From Haliotis cracherodii (lineage: Eukaryota): a stretch of DNA of 64,000 nucleotides. The notes below the pieces were generated by a model. The model was not told where the DNA came from. It worked only from the letters and a program-made list of their open reading frames with translations, and ran no database searches. Position numbers and translations under genes: made by a program. Positions 45,781 to 59,655 of this stretch are shown here, piece by piece (position 1 is the stretch's first letter; each line of letters starts with the position of its first letter). The stretch lies in assembly GCF_022045235.1 (NCBI RefSeq), contig NW_027266308.1:41912001-41976000 (forward strand). The letters are read 5' to 3'.

Positions 45781-47513
45781 CGTGAAAGGAGTTACCTGAT
45801 GAGTCGATATGGAAATCTATTCACACGTTTGATTGTTAATCAAGTACAGCAGGATGGGTATGTAGTCTTAACCGTATGTTCATTTAGTATCCAGACTATG
45901 GTGAGCAAGCAGCTGCTGTCAGCAAGTCCTTAGCATTCAAATGACGGCCTGACTACAGTCCTGGTCGCTTTTATACAGTAGCTTGCTTGTTGTGTATACA
46001 AGGTGATTAACAAAGACAACTGATTGACAGCATCCTAACATGTCTGTGTTCACAGCCATCCCAGACATTCGTCTCCGCTGAGCAAACATGCAATAGTGTC
46101 CAGTGATTGAAGGCTTTTGCTTGGAGATTAGTGAAGGGTTAATGATGTGGTCAGGGGTTAATTAGGTGAGCATTACTTTTGGTCATGCCCGACCAAGTAC
46201 AATATTTACTTGTGCCTTTTTGGTCAGTGCTGTTATCATGAATGGAGATTGAAAGATTAATTTCCAAACACATCCGAGGTAATTGTTTGTGTACTTGCCT
46301 TGACTGATTGACACCACCCTAACGTGCTAGCGTTTACAGCCATTCCAGACATTCGTCTGCATTGTCAAAACAATCATCTATTGACCTTAACAGTGACTGT
46401 TTTAAAACTCGCAATCGCCAAGTTGAATCGAAATGCAAGAAGTCTGTTGCTATGATATCGTGTTCATCGTGAGAAATGAACAAGTATTACCTTATGACAC
46501 TATCTGGTATCATACTCCGTATTTTACGGGAAATAACACATTTACTGTAGTACTTTTAAGCTCGGAGTACACTTTTGACATAGCTTTGTTTGTGTACATC
46601 GGCTATTACACTTACGAAATTAATGTATGGAAAATGTGTCCGTTTCCTATTTCAAACATTACTCTTTTCCTTCTCGTGGCTCTACTTTTAGCTAGGCACA
46701 CCAAACCAGCCAAGATAACACTTAAGATGTGAGAAAGGGCACACATGTTATGGACCTTTACGTCTGTTATTGACGGTAGCGTTTGTGAACGTCTTGCCCT
46801 TACTACCTGAGGTTGTGTTGACTGGTGTATGTGACTTTTTAAGGTCAAGTTGTCTTTTAGTTAATCTTACATTCATTGATGAGTTATCAGGTCAACGATA
46901 GTGAAATATTTGCTGCATATAGGTGAGTTTATATCCGGTCGTGGGGAAATATACCGTCTTCCTATGTAAGATCATTCAGTTACATATATTTGGAAAATAA
47001 GGGTTTTACTTCATATTGATCTTTGGATCGTATGCTTGTACTTGAATGACAGTTTCTTCAGAAGAACTGTATTACCTTCTTAATATGAATATATCTCCAT
47101 GTTTTTGACGTAATTCCCATATTTCATGCTAAACGTCATGCGAGGAGAATTCTCAAGTCTGGAAGGTGTAAACTTGGTTCACTTTACTCTCAGCTTATTC
47201 AAAATAGAAAAGCGACAAATTCTTTGTTAGTAATGGGAGGTAAGTGATTACATCTGTACGCTTTACTGCTTTAACTGACATAGGAATGTTATTACTATAC
47301 AAGAAAACGAAAAGAAGCGAGCTGTATTTTCAAGGTTTATTATAGGATCGTACAACAGAAACTGTTTAAGAGGAAAACAACAACACTGCCAGTGCGCTGA
47401 CAGAAAGCAAAAGCACTTTGACATATAGCCACTTCAATATTTGGAATGTCTCTTCTGTAATGGAGCACTCATTAGATGAACATATTCGTGTAACAGACAG
47501 ACTTTTATCTGTT

Positions 47514-48080
47514 TCATTTTCTGAGAAAAGCAAGGATCTTCTGTGAAAAGGAGACTGGTTGTTTTGAAGAATCTCTTGTGATTGTCTTACGAGCTTTGTT
47601 CCGTCTTCGCAGAGAAAAACGCTTAGAGGTGAGATTTGTCAAAATGTTAACGTTGCTGTCTAACCGACGTCTCTTAGTTGGTGCTTCAGCTTCATATACA
47701 TGGGCGACAGACGTCAAGAGAGTCCTTTCCACTTTAGAAATGACACGTTCTTTCCTTCGGAGCTCAGCCTCTTCTTCTTCTCTCAAGCTAAGCGATATTC
47801 GCGTCATGATGTTTCTTGAGAATGGTTGGTCTGAATGTTGCAGTCGTGGCGTTTTCTTGAACTGAAGAGAAGGAAGTGGACTGCCAAGTTGAGCCAAACT
47901 GGACTGAAGACTTCGAAGGGAGTTTTGGATTTCAACATCTGTATCACATTCCATGTCATCGTCGCTGAAGGAGTATTCAACAAGTTTGATCCCCTGAGAG
48001 AAGTTGAAGCAAGGCTGGGCCTGGACGTCCAAGTTGAAGGGAGTGACACTGGTATACACAACTTCGGAAGCCCTCTTCAT
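47514..48080 (-). CDS. uncharacterised 188-aa protein, copy 7 (Q81; promoter interrupted)
   Basis: intact ORF; insertion between TATA and Inr. Confidence 0.7.
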   Translation of the reverse strand: MKRASEVVYTSVTPFNLDVQAQPCFNFSQGIKLVEYSFSDDDMECDTDVEIQNSLRSLQSSLAQLGSPLPSLQFKKTPRLQHSDQPFSRNIMTRISLSLREEEEAELRRKERVISKVERTLLTSVAHVYEAEAPTKRRRLDSNVNILTNLTSKRFSLRRRNKARKTITRDSSKQPVSFSQKILAFLRK

Positions 48081-48254
48081 CGTGAAAGGAGTTACCTGAT
48101 GAGTCGATATGGAAATCTATTCACACGTTTGATTGTTAATCAAGTACAGCAGGATGGGTATGTAGTCTTAACCGTATGTTCATTTAGTATCCAGACTATG
48201 GTGAGCAAGCAGCTGCTGTCAGCAAGTCCTTAGCATTCAAATGACGGCCTGACT

Positions 48255-48319
48255 TCCTTACTTACTTATATTGGAGATTTAACGTGCGCTTTCCGACTGC
48301 AAGCGTATGTCGCACACGG
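48255..48319 (-). mobile_element. 65-bp 5'-truncated retroposon insertion
   Basis: 9-bp TSD ggcctgact (48246-48254, 48320-48328); minus strand ends gttaaatctccaata(taag)n. Confidence 0.85.
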
Positions 48320-49887
48320 GGCCTGACTACAGTCCTGGTCGCTTTTATACAGTAGCTTGCTTGTTGTGTATACAAGGTGATTAACAAAGACAACTGATTG
48401 ACAGCATCCTAACATGTCTGTGTTCACAGCCATCCCAGACATTCGTCTCCGCTGAGCAAACATGCAATAGTGTCCAGTGATTGAAGGCTTTTGCTTGGAG
48501 ATTAGTGAAGGGTTAATGATGTGGTCAGGGGTTAATTAGGTGAGCATTACATTTGGTCATGCCCGACCAAGTACAATATTTACTTGTGCCTTTTTGGTCA
48601 GTGCTGTTATCATGAATGGAGATTGAAAGATTAATTTCCAAACACATCCGAGGTAATTGTTTGTGTACTTGCCTTGACTGATTGACACCACCCTAACGTG
48701 CTAGCGTTTACAGCCATTCCAGACATTCGTCTGCATTGTCAAAACAATCATCTATTGACCTTAACAGTGACTGTTTTAAAACTCGCAATCGCCAAGTTGA
48801 ATCGAAATGCAAGAAGTCTGTTGCTATGATATCGTGTTCATCGTGAGAAATGAACAAGTATTACCTTATGACACTATCTGGTATCATACTCCGTATTTTA
48901 CGGGAAATAACACATTTACTGTAGTACTTTTAACCTCGGAGTACACTTTTGACATAGCTTTGTTTGTGTACATCGGCTATTACACTTACGAAATTAATGT
49001 ATGGAAAATGTGTCCGTTTCCTATTTCAAACATTACTCTTTTCCTTATCGTGGCTCTACTTTTAGCTAGGCACACCAAACCAGCCAAGATAACACTTAAG
49101 ATGTGAGAAAGGGCACACATGTTATGGACCTTTACGTCTGTTATTGACGGTAGCGTTTGTGAACGTCTTGCCCTTACTACCTGAGGTTGTGTTGACTGGT
49201 GTATGTGACTTTTTAAGGTCAAGTTGTCTTTTAGTTAATCTTACATTCATTGATGAGTTATCAGGTCAACGATAGTGAAATATTTGCTGCATATAGGTGA
49301 GTTTATATCCGGTCGTGGGGAAATATACCGTCTTCCTATGTAAGATCATTCAGTTACATATATTTGGAAAATAAGGGTTTTACTTCATATTGATCTTTGG
49401 ATCGTATGCTTGTACTTGAATGACAGTTTCTTCAGAAGAACTGTATTACCTTCTTAATATGAATATATCTCCATGTTTTTGACGTAATTCCCATATTTCA
49501 TGCTAAACGTCATGCGAGGAGAATTCTCAAGTCTGGAAGGTGTAAACTTGGTTCACTTTACTCTCAGCTTATTCAAAATAGAAAAGCGACAAATTCTTTG
49601 TTAGTAATGGGAGGCAAGTGATTACATCTGTACGCTTTACTGCTTTAACTGACATAGGAATGTTATTACTATACAAGAAAACGAAAAGAAGCGAGCTGTA
49701 TTTTCAAGGTTTATTATAGGATCGTACAACAGAAACTGTTTAAGAGGAAAACAACAACACTGCCAGTGCGCTGACAGAAAGCAAAAGCACTTTGACATAT
49801 AGCCACTTCAATATTTGGAATGTCTCTTCTGTAATGGAGCACTCATTAGATGAACATATTCGTGTAACAGACAGACTTTTATCTGTT

Positions 49888-50454
49888 TCATTTTCTGAGA
49901 AAAGCAAGGATCTTCTGTGAAAAGGAGACTGGTTGTTTTGAAGAATCTCTTGTGATTGTCTTACGAGCTTTGTTCCGTCTTCGCAGAGAAAAACGCTTAG
50001 AGGTGAGATTTGTCAAAATGTTAACGTTGCTGTCTAACCGACGTCTCTTAGTTGGTGCTTCAGCTTCATATACATGGGCGACAGACGTCAAGAGAGTCCT
50101 TTCCACTTTAGAAATGACACGTTCTTTCCTTCGGAGCTCAGCCTCTTCTTCTTCTCTCAAGCTAAGCGATATTCGCGTCATGATGTTTCTTGAGAATGGT
50201 TGGTCTGAATGTTGCAGTCGTGGCGTTTTCTTGAACTGAAGAGAAGGAAGTGGACTGCCAAGTTGAGCCAAACTGGACTGAAGACTTCGAAGGGAGTTTT
50301 GGATTTCAACATCTGTATCACATTCCATGTCATCGTCGCTGAAGGAGTATTCAACAAGTTTGATCCCCTGAGAGAAGTTGAAGCAAGGCTGGGCCTGGAC
50401 GTCCAAGTTGAAGGGAGTGACACTGGTATACACAACTTCGGAAGCCCTCTTCAT
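49888..50454 (-). CDS. uncharacterised 188-aa protein, copy 8 (Q81)
   Basis: intact ORF. Confidence 0.75.
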   Translation of the reverse strand: MKRASEVVYTSVTPFNLDVQAQPCFNFSQGIKLVEYSFSDDDMECDTDVEIQNSLRSLQSSLAQLGSPLPSLQFKKTPRLQHSDQPFSRNIMTRISLSLREEEEAELRRKERVISKVERTLLTSVAHVYEAEAPTKRRRLDSNVNILTNLTSKRFSLRRRNKARKTITRDSSKQPVSFSQKILAFLRK

Positions 50455-52188
50455 CGTGAAAGGAGTTACCTGATGAGTCGATATGGAAATCTATTCACAC
50501 GTTTGATTGTTAATCAAGTACAGCAGGATGGGTATGTAGTCTTAACCGTATGTTCATTTAGTATCCAGACTATGGTGAGCAAGCAGCTGCTGTCAGCAAG
50601 TCCTTAGCATTCAAATGACGGCCTGACTACAGTCCTGGTCGCTTTTATACAGTAGCTTGCTTGTTGTGTATACAAGGTGATTAACAAAGACAACTGATTG
50701 ACAGCATCCTAACATGTCTTTGTTCACAGCCATCCCAGACATTCGTCTCCGCTGAGCAAACATGCAATAGTGTCCAGTGATTGAAGGCTTTTGCTTGGAG
50801 ATTAGTGAAGGGTTAATGATGTGGTCAGGGGTTAATTAGGTGAGCATTACTTTTGGTCATGCCCGACCAAGTACAATATTTACTTGTGCCTTTTTGGTCA
50901 GTGCTGTTATCATGAATGGAGATTGAAAGATTAATTTCCAAACACATCCGAGGTAATTGTTTGTGTACTTGCCTTGACTGATTGACACCACCCTAACGTG
51001 CTAGCGTTTACAGCCATTCCAGACATTCGTCTGCATTGTCAAAACAATCATCTATTGACCTTAACAGTGACTGTTTTAAAACTCGCAATCGCCAAGTTGA
51101 ATCGAAATGCAAGAAGTCTGTTGCTATGATATCGTGTTCATCGTGAGAAATGAACAAGTATTACCTTATGACACTATCTGGTATCATACTCCGTATTTTA
51201 CGGGAAATAACACATTTACTGTAGTACTTTTAAGCTCGGAGTACACTTTTGACATAGCTTTGTTTGTGTACATCGGCTATTACACTTACGAAATTAATGT
51301 ATGGAAAATGTGTCCGTTTCCTATTTCAAACATTACTCTTTTCCTTCTCGTGGCTCTACTTTTAGCTAGGCACACCAAACCAGCCAAGATAACACTTAAG
51401 ATGTGAGAAAGGGCACACATGTTATGGACCTTTACGTCTGTTATTGACGGTAGCGTTTGTGAACGTCTTGCCCTTACTACCTGAGGTTGTGTTGACTGGT
51501 GTATGTGACTTTTTAAGGTCAAGTTGTCTTTTAGTTAATCTTACATTCATTGATGAGTTATCAGGTCAACGATAGTGAAATATTTGCTGCATATAGGTGA
51601 GTTTATATCCGGTCGTGGGGAAATATACCGTCTTCCTATGTAAGATCATTCAGTTACATATATTTGGAAAATAAGGGTTTTACTTCATATTGATCTTTGG
51701 ATCGTATGCTTGTACTTGAATGACAGTTTCTTCAGAAGAACTGTATTACCTTCTTAATATGAATATATCTCCATGTTTTTGACGTAATTCCCATATTTCA
51801 TGCTAAACGTCATGCGAGGAGAATTCTCAAGTCTGGAAGGTGTAAACTTGGTTCACTTTACTCTCAGCTTATTCAAAATAGAAAAGCGACAAATTCTTTG
51901 TTAGTAATGGGAGGTAAGTGATTACATCTGTACGCTTTACTGCTTTAACTGACATAGGAATGTTATTACTATACAAGAAAACGAAAAGAAGCGAGCTGTA
52001 TTTTCAAGGTTTATTATATGATCGTACAACAGAAACTGTTTAAGAGGAAAACAACAACACTGCCAGTGCGCTGACAGAAAGCAAAAGCACTTTGACATAT
52101 AGCCACTTCAATATTTGGAATGTTTTCTTCTGTAATGGAGCACTCATTAGATGAACATATTCGTGTAACAGACAGACTTTTATCTGTT

Positions 52189-52755
52189 TCATTTTCTGAG
52201 AAAAGCAAGGATCTTCTGTGAAAAGGAGACTGGTTGTTTTGAAGAATCTCTTGTGATTGTCTTACGAGCTTTGTTCCGTCTTCGCAGAGAAAAACGCTTA
52301 GAGGTGAGATTTGTCAAAATGTTAACGTTGCTGTCTAACCGACGTCTCTTAGTTGGTGCTTCAGCTTCATATACATGGGCGACAGACGTCAAGAGAGTCC
52401 TTTCCACTTTAGAAATGACACGTTCTTTCCTTCGGAGCTCAGCCTCTTCTTCCTCTCTCAAGCTAAGCGATATTCGCGCCATGATGTTTCTTGAGAATGG
52501 TTGGTCTGAATGTCGCAGTCGTGGCGTTTTCTTGAACTGAAGAGAGGGAAGTGGACTGCCAAGTTGAGCCAAACTGGACTGAAGACTTCGAAGGGAGTTT
52601 TGGATTTCAACATCTGTATCACATTCCATGTCATCGTCGCTGAAGGAGTATTCAACAAGTTTGATCCCCTGAGAGAAGTTGAAGCAAGGCTGGGCCTGGA
52701 CGTCCAAGTTGAAGGGAGTGACACTGGTATACACAACTTCGGAAGCCCTCTTCAT
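52189..52755 (-). CDS. uncharacterised 188-aa protein, copy 9 (R81, T93A)
   Basis: intact ORF; most divergent internal copy. Confidence 0.75.
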   Translation of the reverse strand: MKRASEVVYTSVTPFNLDVQAQPCFNFSQGIKLVEYSFSDDDMECDTDVEIQNSLRSLQSSLAQLGSPLPSLQFKKTPRLRHSDQPFSRNIMARISLSLREEEEAELRRKERVISKVERTLLTSVAHVYEAEAPTKRRRLDSNVNILTNLTSKRFSLRRRNKARKTITRDSSKQPVSFSQKILAFLRK

Positions 52756-54488
52756 CGTGAAAGGAGTTACCTGATGAGTCGATATGGAAATCTATTCACA
52801 CGTTTGATTGTTAATCAAGTACAGCAGGATGGGTATGTAGTCTTAACCGTATGTTCATTTAGTATCCAGACTATGGTGAGCAAGCAGCTGCTGTCAGCAA
52901 GTCCTTAGCATTCAATTGACGGCCTGACTACAGTCCTGGTCGCTTTTATACAGTAGCTTGCTTGTTGTGTATACAAGGTGATTAACAAAGACAACTGATT
53001 GACAGCATCCTAACATGTCTGTGTTCACAGCCATCCCAGACATTCGTCTCCGCTGAGCAAACATGCAATAGTGTCCAGTGATTGAAGGCTTTTGCTTGGA
53101 GATTAGTGAAGGGTTAATGATGTGGTCAGGGGTTAATTAGGTGAGCATTACTTTTGGTCATGCCCGACCAAGTACAATATTTACTTGTGCCTTTTTGGTC
53201 AGTGCTGTTATCATGAATGGAGATTGAAAGATTAATTTCCAAACACATCCGAGGTAATTGTTTGTGTACTTGCCTTGACTGATTGACACCACTCTAACGT
53301 GCTAGCGTTTACAGCCATTCCAGACATTCGTCTGCATTGTCAAAACAATCATCTATTGACCTTAACAGTGACTGTTTTAAAACTCGCAATCGCCAAGTTG
53401 AATCGAAATGCAAGAAGTCTGTTGCTATGATATCGTGTTCATCGTGAGAAATGAACAAGTATTACCTTATGACACTATCTGGTATCATACTCCGTATTTT
53501 ACGGGAAATAACACATTTACTGTAGTACTTTTAACCTCGGAGTACACTTTTGACATAGCTTTGTATGTGTACATCGGCTATTACACTTACGAAATTAATG
53601 TATGGAAAATGTGTCCGTTTCCTATTTCAAACATTACTCTTTTCCTTCTCGTGGCTCTACTTTTAGCTAGGCACACCAAACCAGCCAAGATAACACTTAA
53701 GATGTGAGAAAGGGCACACATGTTATGGACCTTTACGTCTGTTATTGACGGTAGCGTTTGTGAACGTCTTGCCCTTACTACCTGAGGTTGTGTTTACTGG
53801 TGTATGTGACTTTTTAAGGTCAAGTTGTCTTTTAGTTAATCTTACATTCATTGATGAGTTATCAGGTCAACGATAGTGAAATATTTGCTGCATATAGGTG
53901 AGTTTATATCCGGTCGTGGGGAAATATACCGTCTTCCTATGTAAGATCATTCAGTTACATATATTTGGAAAATAAGGGTTTTACTTCATATTGATCTTTG
54001 GATCGTATGCTTGTACTTGAATGACAGTTTCTTCAGAAGAACTGTATTACCTTCTTAATATGAATATATCTCCATGTTTTTGACGTAATTCCCATATTTC
54101 ATGCTAAACGTCATGCGAGGAGAATTCTCAAGTCTGGAAGGTGTAAACTTGGTTCACTTTACTCTCAGCTTATTCAAAATAGAAAAGCGACAAATTCTTT
54201 GTTAGTAATGGGAGGTAAGTGATTACATCTGTACGCTTTACTGCTTTAACTGACATAGGAATGTTATTACTATACAAGAAAACGAAAAGAAGCGAGCTGT
54301 ATTTTCAAGGTTTATTATAGGATCGTACAACAGAAACTGTTTAAGAGGAAAACAACAACACTGCCAGTGCGCTGACAGAAAGCAAAAGCACTTTGACATA
54401 TAGCCACTTCAATATTTGGAATGTCTCTTCTGTAATGGAGCACTCATTAGATGAACATATTCGTGTAACAGACAGACTTTTATCTGTT

Positions 54489-55055
54489 TCATTTTCTGAG
54501 AAAAGCAAGGATCTTCTGTGAAAAGGAGACTGGTTGTTTTGAAGAATCTCTTGTGATTGTCTTACGAGCTTTGTTCCGTCTTCGCAGAGAAAAACGCTTA
54601 GAGGTGAGATTTGTCAAAATGTTAACGTTGCTGTCTAACCGACGTCTCTTAGTTGGTGCTTCAGCTTCATATACATGGGCGACAGACGTCAAGAGAGTCC
54701 TTTCCACTTTAGAAATGACACGTTCTTTCCTTCGGAGCTCAGCCTCTTCTTCTTCTCTCAAGCTAAGCGATATTCGCGTCATGATGTTTCTTGAGAATGG
54801 TTGGTCTGAATGTCGCAGTCGTGGCGTTTTCTTGAACTGAAGAGAAGGAAGTGGACTGCCAAGTTGAGCCAAACTGGACTGAAGACTTCGAAGGGAGTTT
54901 TGGATTTCAACATCTGTATCACATTCCATGTCATCGTCGCTGAAGGAGTATTCAACAAGTTTGATCCCCTGAGAGAAGTTGAAGCAAGGCTGGGCCTGGA
55001 CGTCCAAGTTGAAGGGAGTGACACTGGTATACACAACTTCGGAAGCCCTCTTCAT
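54489..55055 (-). CDS. uncharacterised 188-aa protein, copy 10 (R81)
   Basis: intact ORF. Confidence 0.75.
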   Translation of the reverse strand: MKRASEVVYTSVTPFNLDVQAQPCFNFSQGIKLVEYSFSDDDMECDTDVEIQNSLRSLQSSLAQLGSPLPSLQFKKTPRLRHSDQPFSRNIMTRISLSLREEEEAELRRKERVISKVERTLLTSVAHVYEAEAPTKRRRLDSNVNILTNLTSKRFSLRRRNKARKTITRDSSKQPVSFSQKILAFLRK

Positions 55056-56788
55056 CGTGAAAGGAGTTACCTGATGAGTCGATATGGAAATCTATTCACA
55101 CGTTTGATTGTTAATCAAGTACAGCAGGATGGGTATGTAGTCTTAACCGTATGTTCATTTAGTATCCAGACTATGGTGAGCAAGCAGCTGCTGTCAGCAA
55201 GTCCTTAGCATTCAAATGACGGCCTGACTACAGTCCTGGTCGCTTTTATACAGTAGCTTGCTTGTTGTGTATACAAGGTGATTAACAAAGACAACTGATT
55301 GACAGCATCCTAACATGTCTGTGTTCACAGCCATCCCAGACATTCGTCTCCGCTGAGCAAACATGCAATAGTGTCCAGTGATTGAAGGCTTTTGCTTGGA
55401 GATTAGTGAAGGGTTAATGATGTGGTCAGGGGTTAATTAGGTGAGCATTACTTTTGGTCATGCCCGACCAAGTACAATATTTACTTGTGCCTTTTTGGTC
55501 AGTGCTGTTATCATGAATGGAGATTGAAAGATTAATTTCCAAACACATCCGAGGTAATTGTTTGTGTACTTGCCTTGACTGATTGACACCACCCTAACGT
55601 GCTAGCGTTTACAGACATTCCAGACATTCGTCTGCATTGTCAAAACAATCATCTATTGACCTTAACAGTGACTGTTTTAAAACTCGCAATCGCCAAGTTG
55701 AATCGAAATGCAAGAAGTCTGTTGCTATGATATCGTGTTCATCGTGAGAAATGAACAAGTATTACCTTATGACACTATCTGGTATCATACTCCGTATTTT
55801 ACGGGAAATAACACATTTACTGTAGTACTTTTAACCTCGGAGTACACTTTTGACATAGCTTTGTTTGTGTACATCGGCTATTACACTTACGAAATTAATG
55901 TATGGAAAATGTGTCCGTTTCCTATTTCAAACATTACTCTTTTCCTTCTCGTGGCTCTACTTTTAGCTAGGCACACCAAACCAGCCAAGATAACACTTAA
56001 GATGTGAGAAAGGGCACACATGTTATGGACCTTTACGTCTGTTATTGACGGTAGCGTTTGTGAACGTCTTGCCCTTACTACCTGAGGTTGTGTTGACTGG
56101 TGTATGTCACTTTTTAAGGTCAAGTTGTCTTTTAGTTAATCTTACATTCATTGATGAGTTATCAGGTCAACGATAGTGAAATATTTGCTGCATATAGGTG
56201 AGTTTATATCCGGTCGTGGGGAAATATACCGTCTTCCTATGTAAGATCATTCAGTTACATATATTTGGAAAATAAGGGTTTTACTTCATATTGATCTTTG
56301 GATCGTATGCTTGTACTTGAATGACAGTTTCTTCAGAAGAACTGTATTACCTTCTTAATATGAATATATCTCCATGTTTTTGACGTAATTCCCATATTTC
56401 ATGCTAAACGTCATGCGAGGAGAATTCTCAAGTCTGGAAGGTGTAAACTTGGTTCACTTTACTCTCAGCTTATTCAAAATAGAAAAGCGACAAATTCTTT
56501 GTTAGTAATGGGAGGTAAGTGATTACATCTGTACGCTTTACTGCTTTAACTGACATAGGAATGTTATTACTATACAAGAAAACGAAAAGAAGCGAGCTGT
56601 ATTTTCAAGGTTTATTATAGGATCGTACAACAGAAACTGTTTAAGAGGAAAACAACAACACTGCCAGTGCGCTGACAGAAAGCAAAAGCACTTTGACATA
56701 TAGCCACTTCAATATTTGGAATGTCTCTTCTGTAATGGAGCACTCATTAGATGAACATATTCGTGTAACAGACAGACTTTTATCTGTT

Positions 56789-57355
56789 TCATTTTCTGAG
56801 AAAAGCAAGGATCTTCTGTGAAAAGGAGACTGGTTGTTTTGAAGAATCTCTTGTGATTGTCTTACGAGCTTTGTTCCGTCTTCGCAGAGAAAAACGCTTA
56901 AAGGTGAGATTTGTCAAAATGTTAACGTTGCTGTCTAACCGACGTCTCTTAGTTGGTGCTTCAGCTTCATATACATGGGCGACAGACGTCAAGAGAGTCC
57001 TTTCCACTTTAGAAATGACACGTTCTTTCCTTCGGAGCTCAGCCTCTTCTTCTTCTCTCAAGCTAAGCGATATTCGCGTCATGATGTTTCTTGAGAATGG
57101 TTGGTCTGAATGTTGCAGTCGTGGCGTTTTCTTGAACTGAAGAGAAGGAAGTGGACTGCCAAGTTGAGCCAAACTGGACTGAAGACTTCGAAGGGAGTTT
57201 TGGATTTCAACATCTGTATCACATTCCATGTCATCGTCGCTGAAGGAGTATTCAACAAGTTTGATCCCCTGAGAGAAGTTGAAGCAAGGCTGGGCCTGGA
57301 CGTCCAAGTTGAAGGGAGTGACACTGGTATACACAACTTCGGAAGCCCTCTTCAT
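56789..57355 (-). CDS. uncharacterised 188-aa protein, copy 11 (Q81, S152F)
   Basis: intact ORF. Confidence 0.75.
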   Translation of the reverse strand: MKRASEVVYTSVTPFNLDVQAQPCFNFSQGIKLVEYSFSDDDMECDTDVEIQNSLRSLQSSLAQLGSPLPSLQFKKTPRLQHSDQPFSRNIMTRISLSLREEEEAELRRKERVISKVERTLLTSVAHVYEAEAPTKRRRLDSNVNILTNLTFKRFSLRRRNKARKTITRDSSKQPVSFSQKILAFLRK

Positions 57356-59088
57356 CGTGAAAGGAGTTACCTGATGAGTCGATATGGAAATCTATTCACA
57401 CGTTTGATTGTTAATCAAGTACAGCAGGATGGGTATGTAGTCTTAACCGTATGTTCATTTAGTATCCAGACTATGGTGAGCAAGCAGCTGCTGTCAGCAA
57501 GTCCTTAGCATTCAAATGACGGCCTGACTACAGTCCTGGTCGCTTTTATACAGTAGCTTGCTTGTTGTGTATACAAGGTGATTAACAAAGACAACTGATT
57601 GACAGCATCCTAACATGTCTGTGTTCACAGCCATCCCAGACATTCGTCTCCGCTGAGCAAACATGCAATAGTGTCCAGTGATTGAAGGCTTTTGCTTGGA
57701 GATTAGTGAAGGGTTAATGATGTGGTCAGGGGTTAATTAGGTGAGCATTACTTTTGGTCATGCCCGACCAAGTACAATATTTACTTGTGCCTTTTTGGTC
57801 AGTGCTGTTATCATGAATGGAGATTGAAAGATTAATTTCCAAACACATCCGAGGTAATTGTTTGTGTACTTGCCTTGACTGATTGACACCACCCTAACGT
57901 GCTAGCGTTTACAGCCATTCCAGACATTCGTCTGCATTGTCAAAACAATCATCTATTGACCTTAACAGTGACTGTTTTAAAACTCGCAATCGCCAAGTTG
58001 AATCGAAATGCAAGAAGTCTGTTGCTATGATATCGTGTTCATCGTGAGAAATGAACAAGTATTACCTTATGACACTATCTGGTATCATACTCCGTATTTT
58101 ACGGGAAATAACACATTTACTGTAGTACTTTTAACCTCGGAGTACACTTTTGACATAGCTTTGTTTGTGTACATCGGCTATTACACTTACGAAATTAATG
58201 TATGGAAAATGTGTCCGTTTCCTATTTCAAACATTACTCTTTTCCTTCTCGTGGCTCTACTTTTAGCTAGGCACACCAAACCAGCCAAGATAACACTTAA
58301 GATGTGAGAAAGGGCACACATGTTATGGACCTTTACGTCTGTTATTGACGGTAGCGTTTGTGAACGTCTTGCCCTTACTACCTGAGGTTGTGTTGACTGG
58401 TGTATGTGACTTTTTAAGGTCAAGTTGTCTTTTAGTTAATCTTACATTCATTGATGAGTTATCAGGTCAACGATAGTGAAATATTTGCTGCATATAGGTG
58501 AGTTTATATCCGGTCGTGGGGAAATATACCGTCTTCCTATGTAAGATCATTCAGTTACATGTATTTGGAAAATAAGGGTTTTACTTCATATTGATCTTTG
58601 GATCGTATGCTTGTACTTGAATGACAGTTTCTTCAGAAGAACTGTATTACCTTCTTAATATGAATATATCTCCATGTTTTTGACGTAATTCCCATATTTC
58701 ATGCTAAACGTCATGCGAGGAGAATTCTCAAGTCTGGAAGGTGTAAACTTGGTTCACTTTACTCTCAGCTTATTCAAAATAGAAAAGCGACAAATTCTTT
58801 GTTAGTAATGGGAGGTAAGTGATTACATCTGTACGCTTTACTGCTTTAACTGACATAGGAATGTTATTACTATACAAGAAAACGAAAAGAAGCGAGCTGT
58901 ATTTTCAAGGTTTATTATAGGATCGTACAACAGAAACTGTTTAAGAGGAAAACAACAACACTGCCAGTGCGCTGACAGAAAGCAAAAGCACTTTGACATA
59001 TAGCCACTTCAATATTTGGAATGTCTCTTCTGTAATGGAGCACTCATTAGATGAACATATTCGTGTAACAGACAGACTTTTATCTGTT

Positions 59089-59655
59089 TCATTTTCTGAG
59101 AAAAGCAAGGATCTTCTGTGAAAAGGAGACTGGTTGTTTTGAAGAATCTCTTGTGATTGTCTTACGAGCTTTGTTCCGTCTTCGCAGAGAAAAACGCTTA
59201 GAGGTGAGATTTGTCAAAATGTTAACGTTGCTGTCTAACCGACGTCTCTTAGTTGGTGCTTCAGCTTCATATACATGGGCGACAGACGTCAAGAGAGTCC
59301 TTTCCACTTTAGAAATGACACGTTCTTTCCTTCGGAGCTCAGCCTCTTCTTCTTCTCTCAAGCTAAGCGATATTCGCGTCATGATGTTTCTTGAGAATGG
59401 TTGGTCTGAATGTCGCAGTCGTGGCGTTTTCTTGAACTGAAGAGAAGGAAGTGGACTGCCAAGTTGAGCCAAACTGGACTGAAGACTTCGAAGGGAGTTT
59501 TGGATTTCAACATCTGTATCACATTCCATGTCATCGTCGCTGAAGGAGTATTCAACAAGTTTGATCCCCTGAGAGAAGTTGAAGCAAGGCTGGGCCTGGA
59601 CGTCCAAGTTGAAGGGAGTGACACTGGTATACACAACTTCGGAAGCCCTCTTCAT
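59089..59655 (-). CDS. uncharacterised 188-aa protein, copy 12 (R81)
   Basis: intact ORF. Confidence 0.75.
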   Translation of the reverse strand: MKRASEVVYTSVTPFNLDVQAQPCFNFSQGIKLVEYSFSDDDMECDTDVEIQNSLRSLQSSLAQLGSPLPSLQFKKTPRLRHSDQPFSRNIMTRISLSLREEEEAELRRKERVISKVERTLLTSVAHVYEAEAPTKRRRLDSNVNILTNLTSKRFSLRRRNKARKTITRDSSKQPVSFSQKILAFLRK

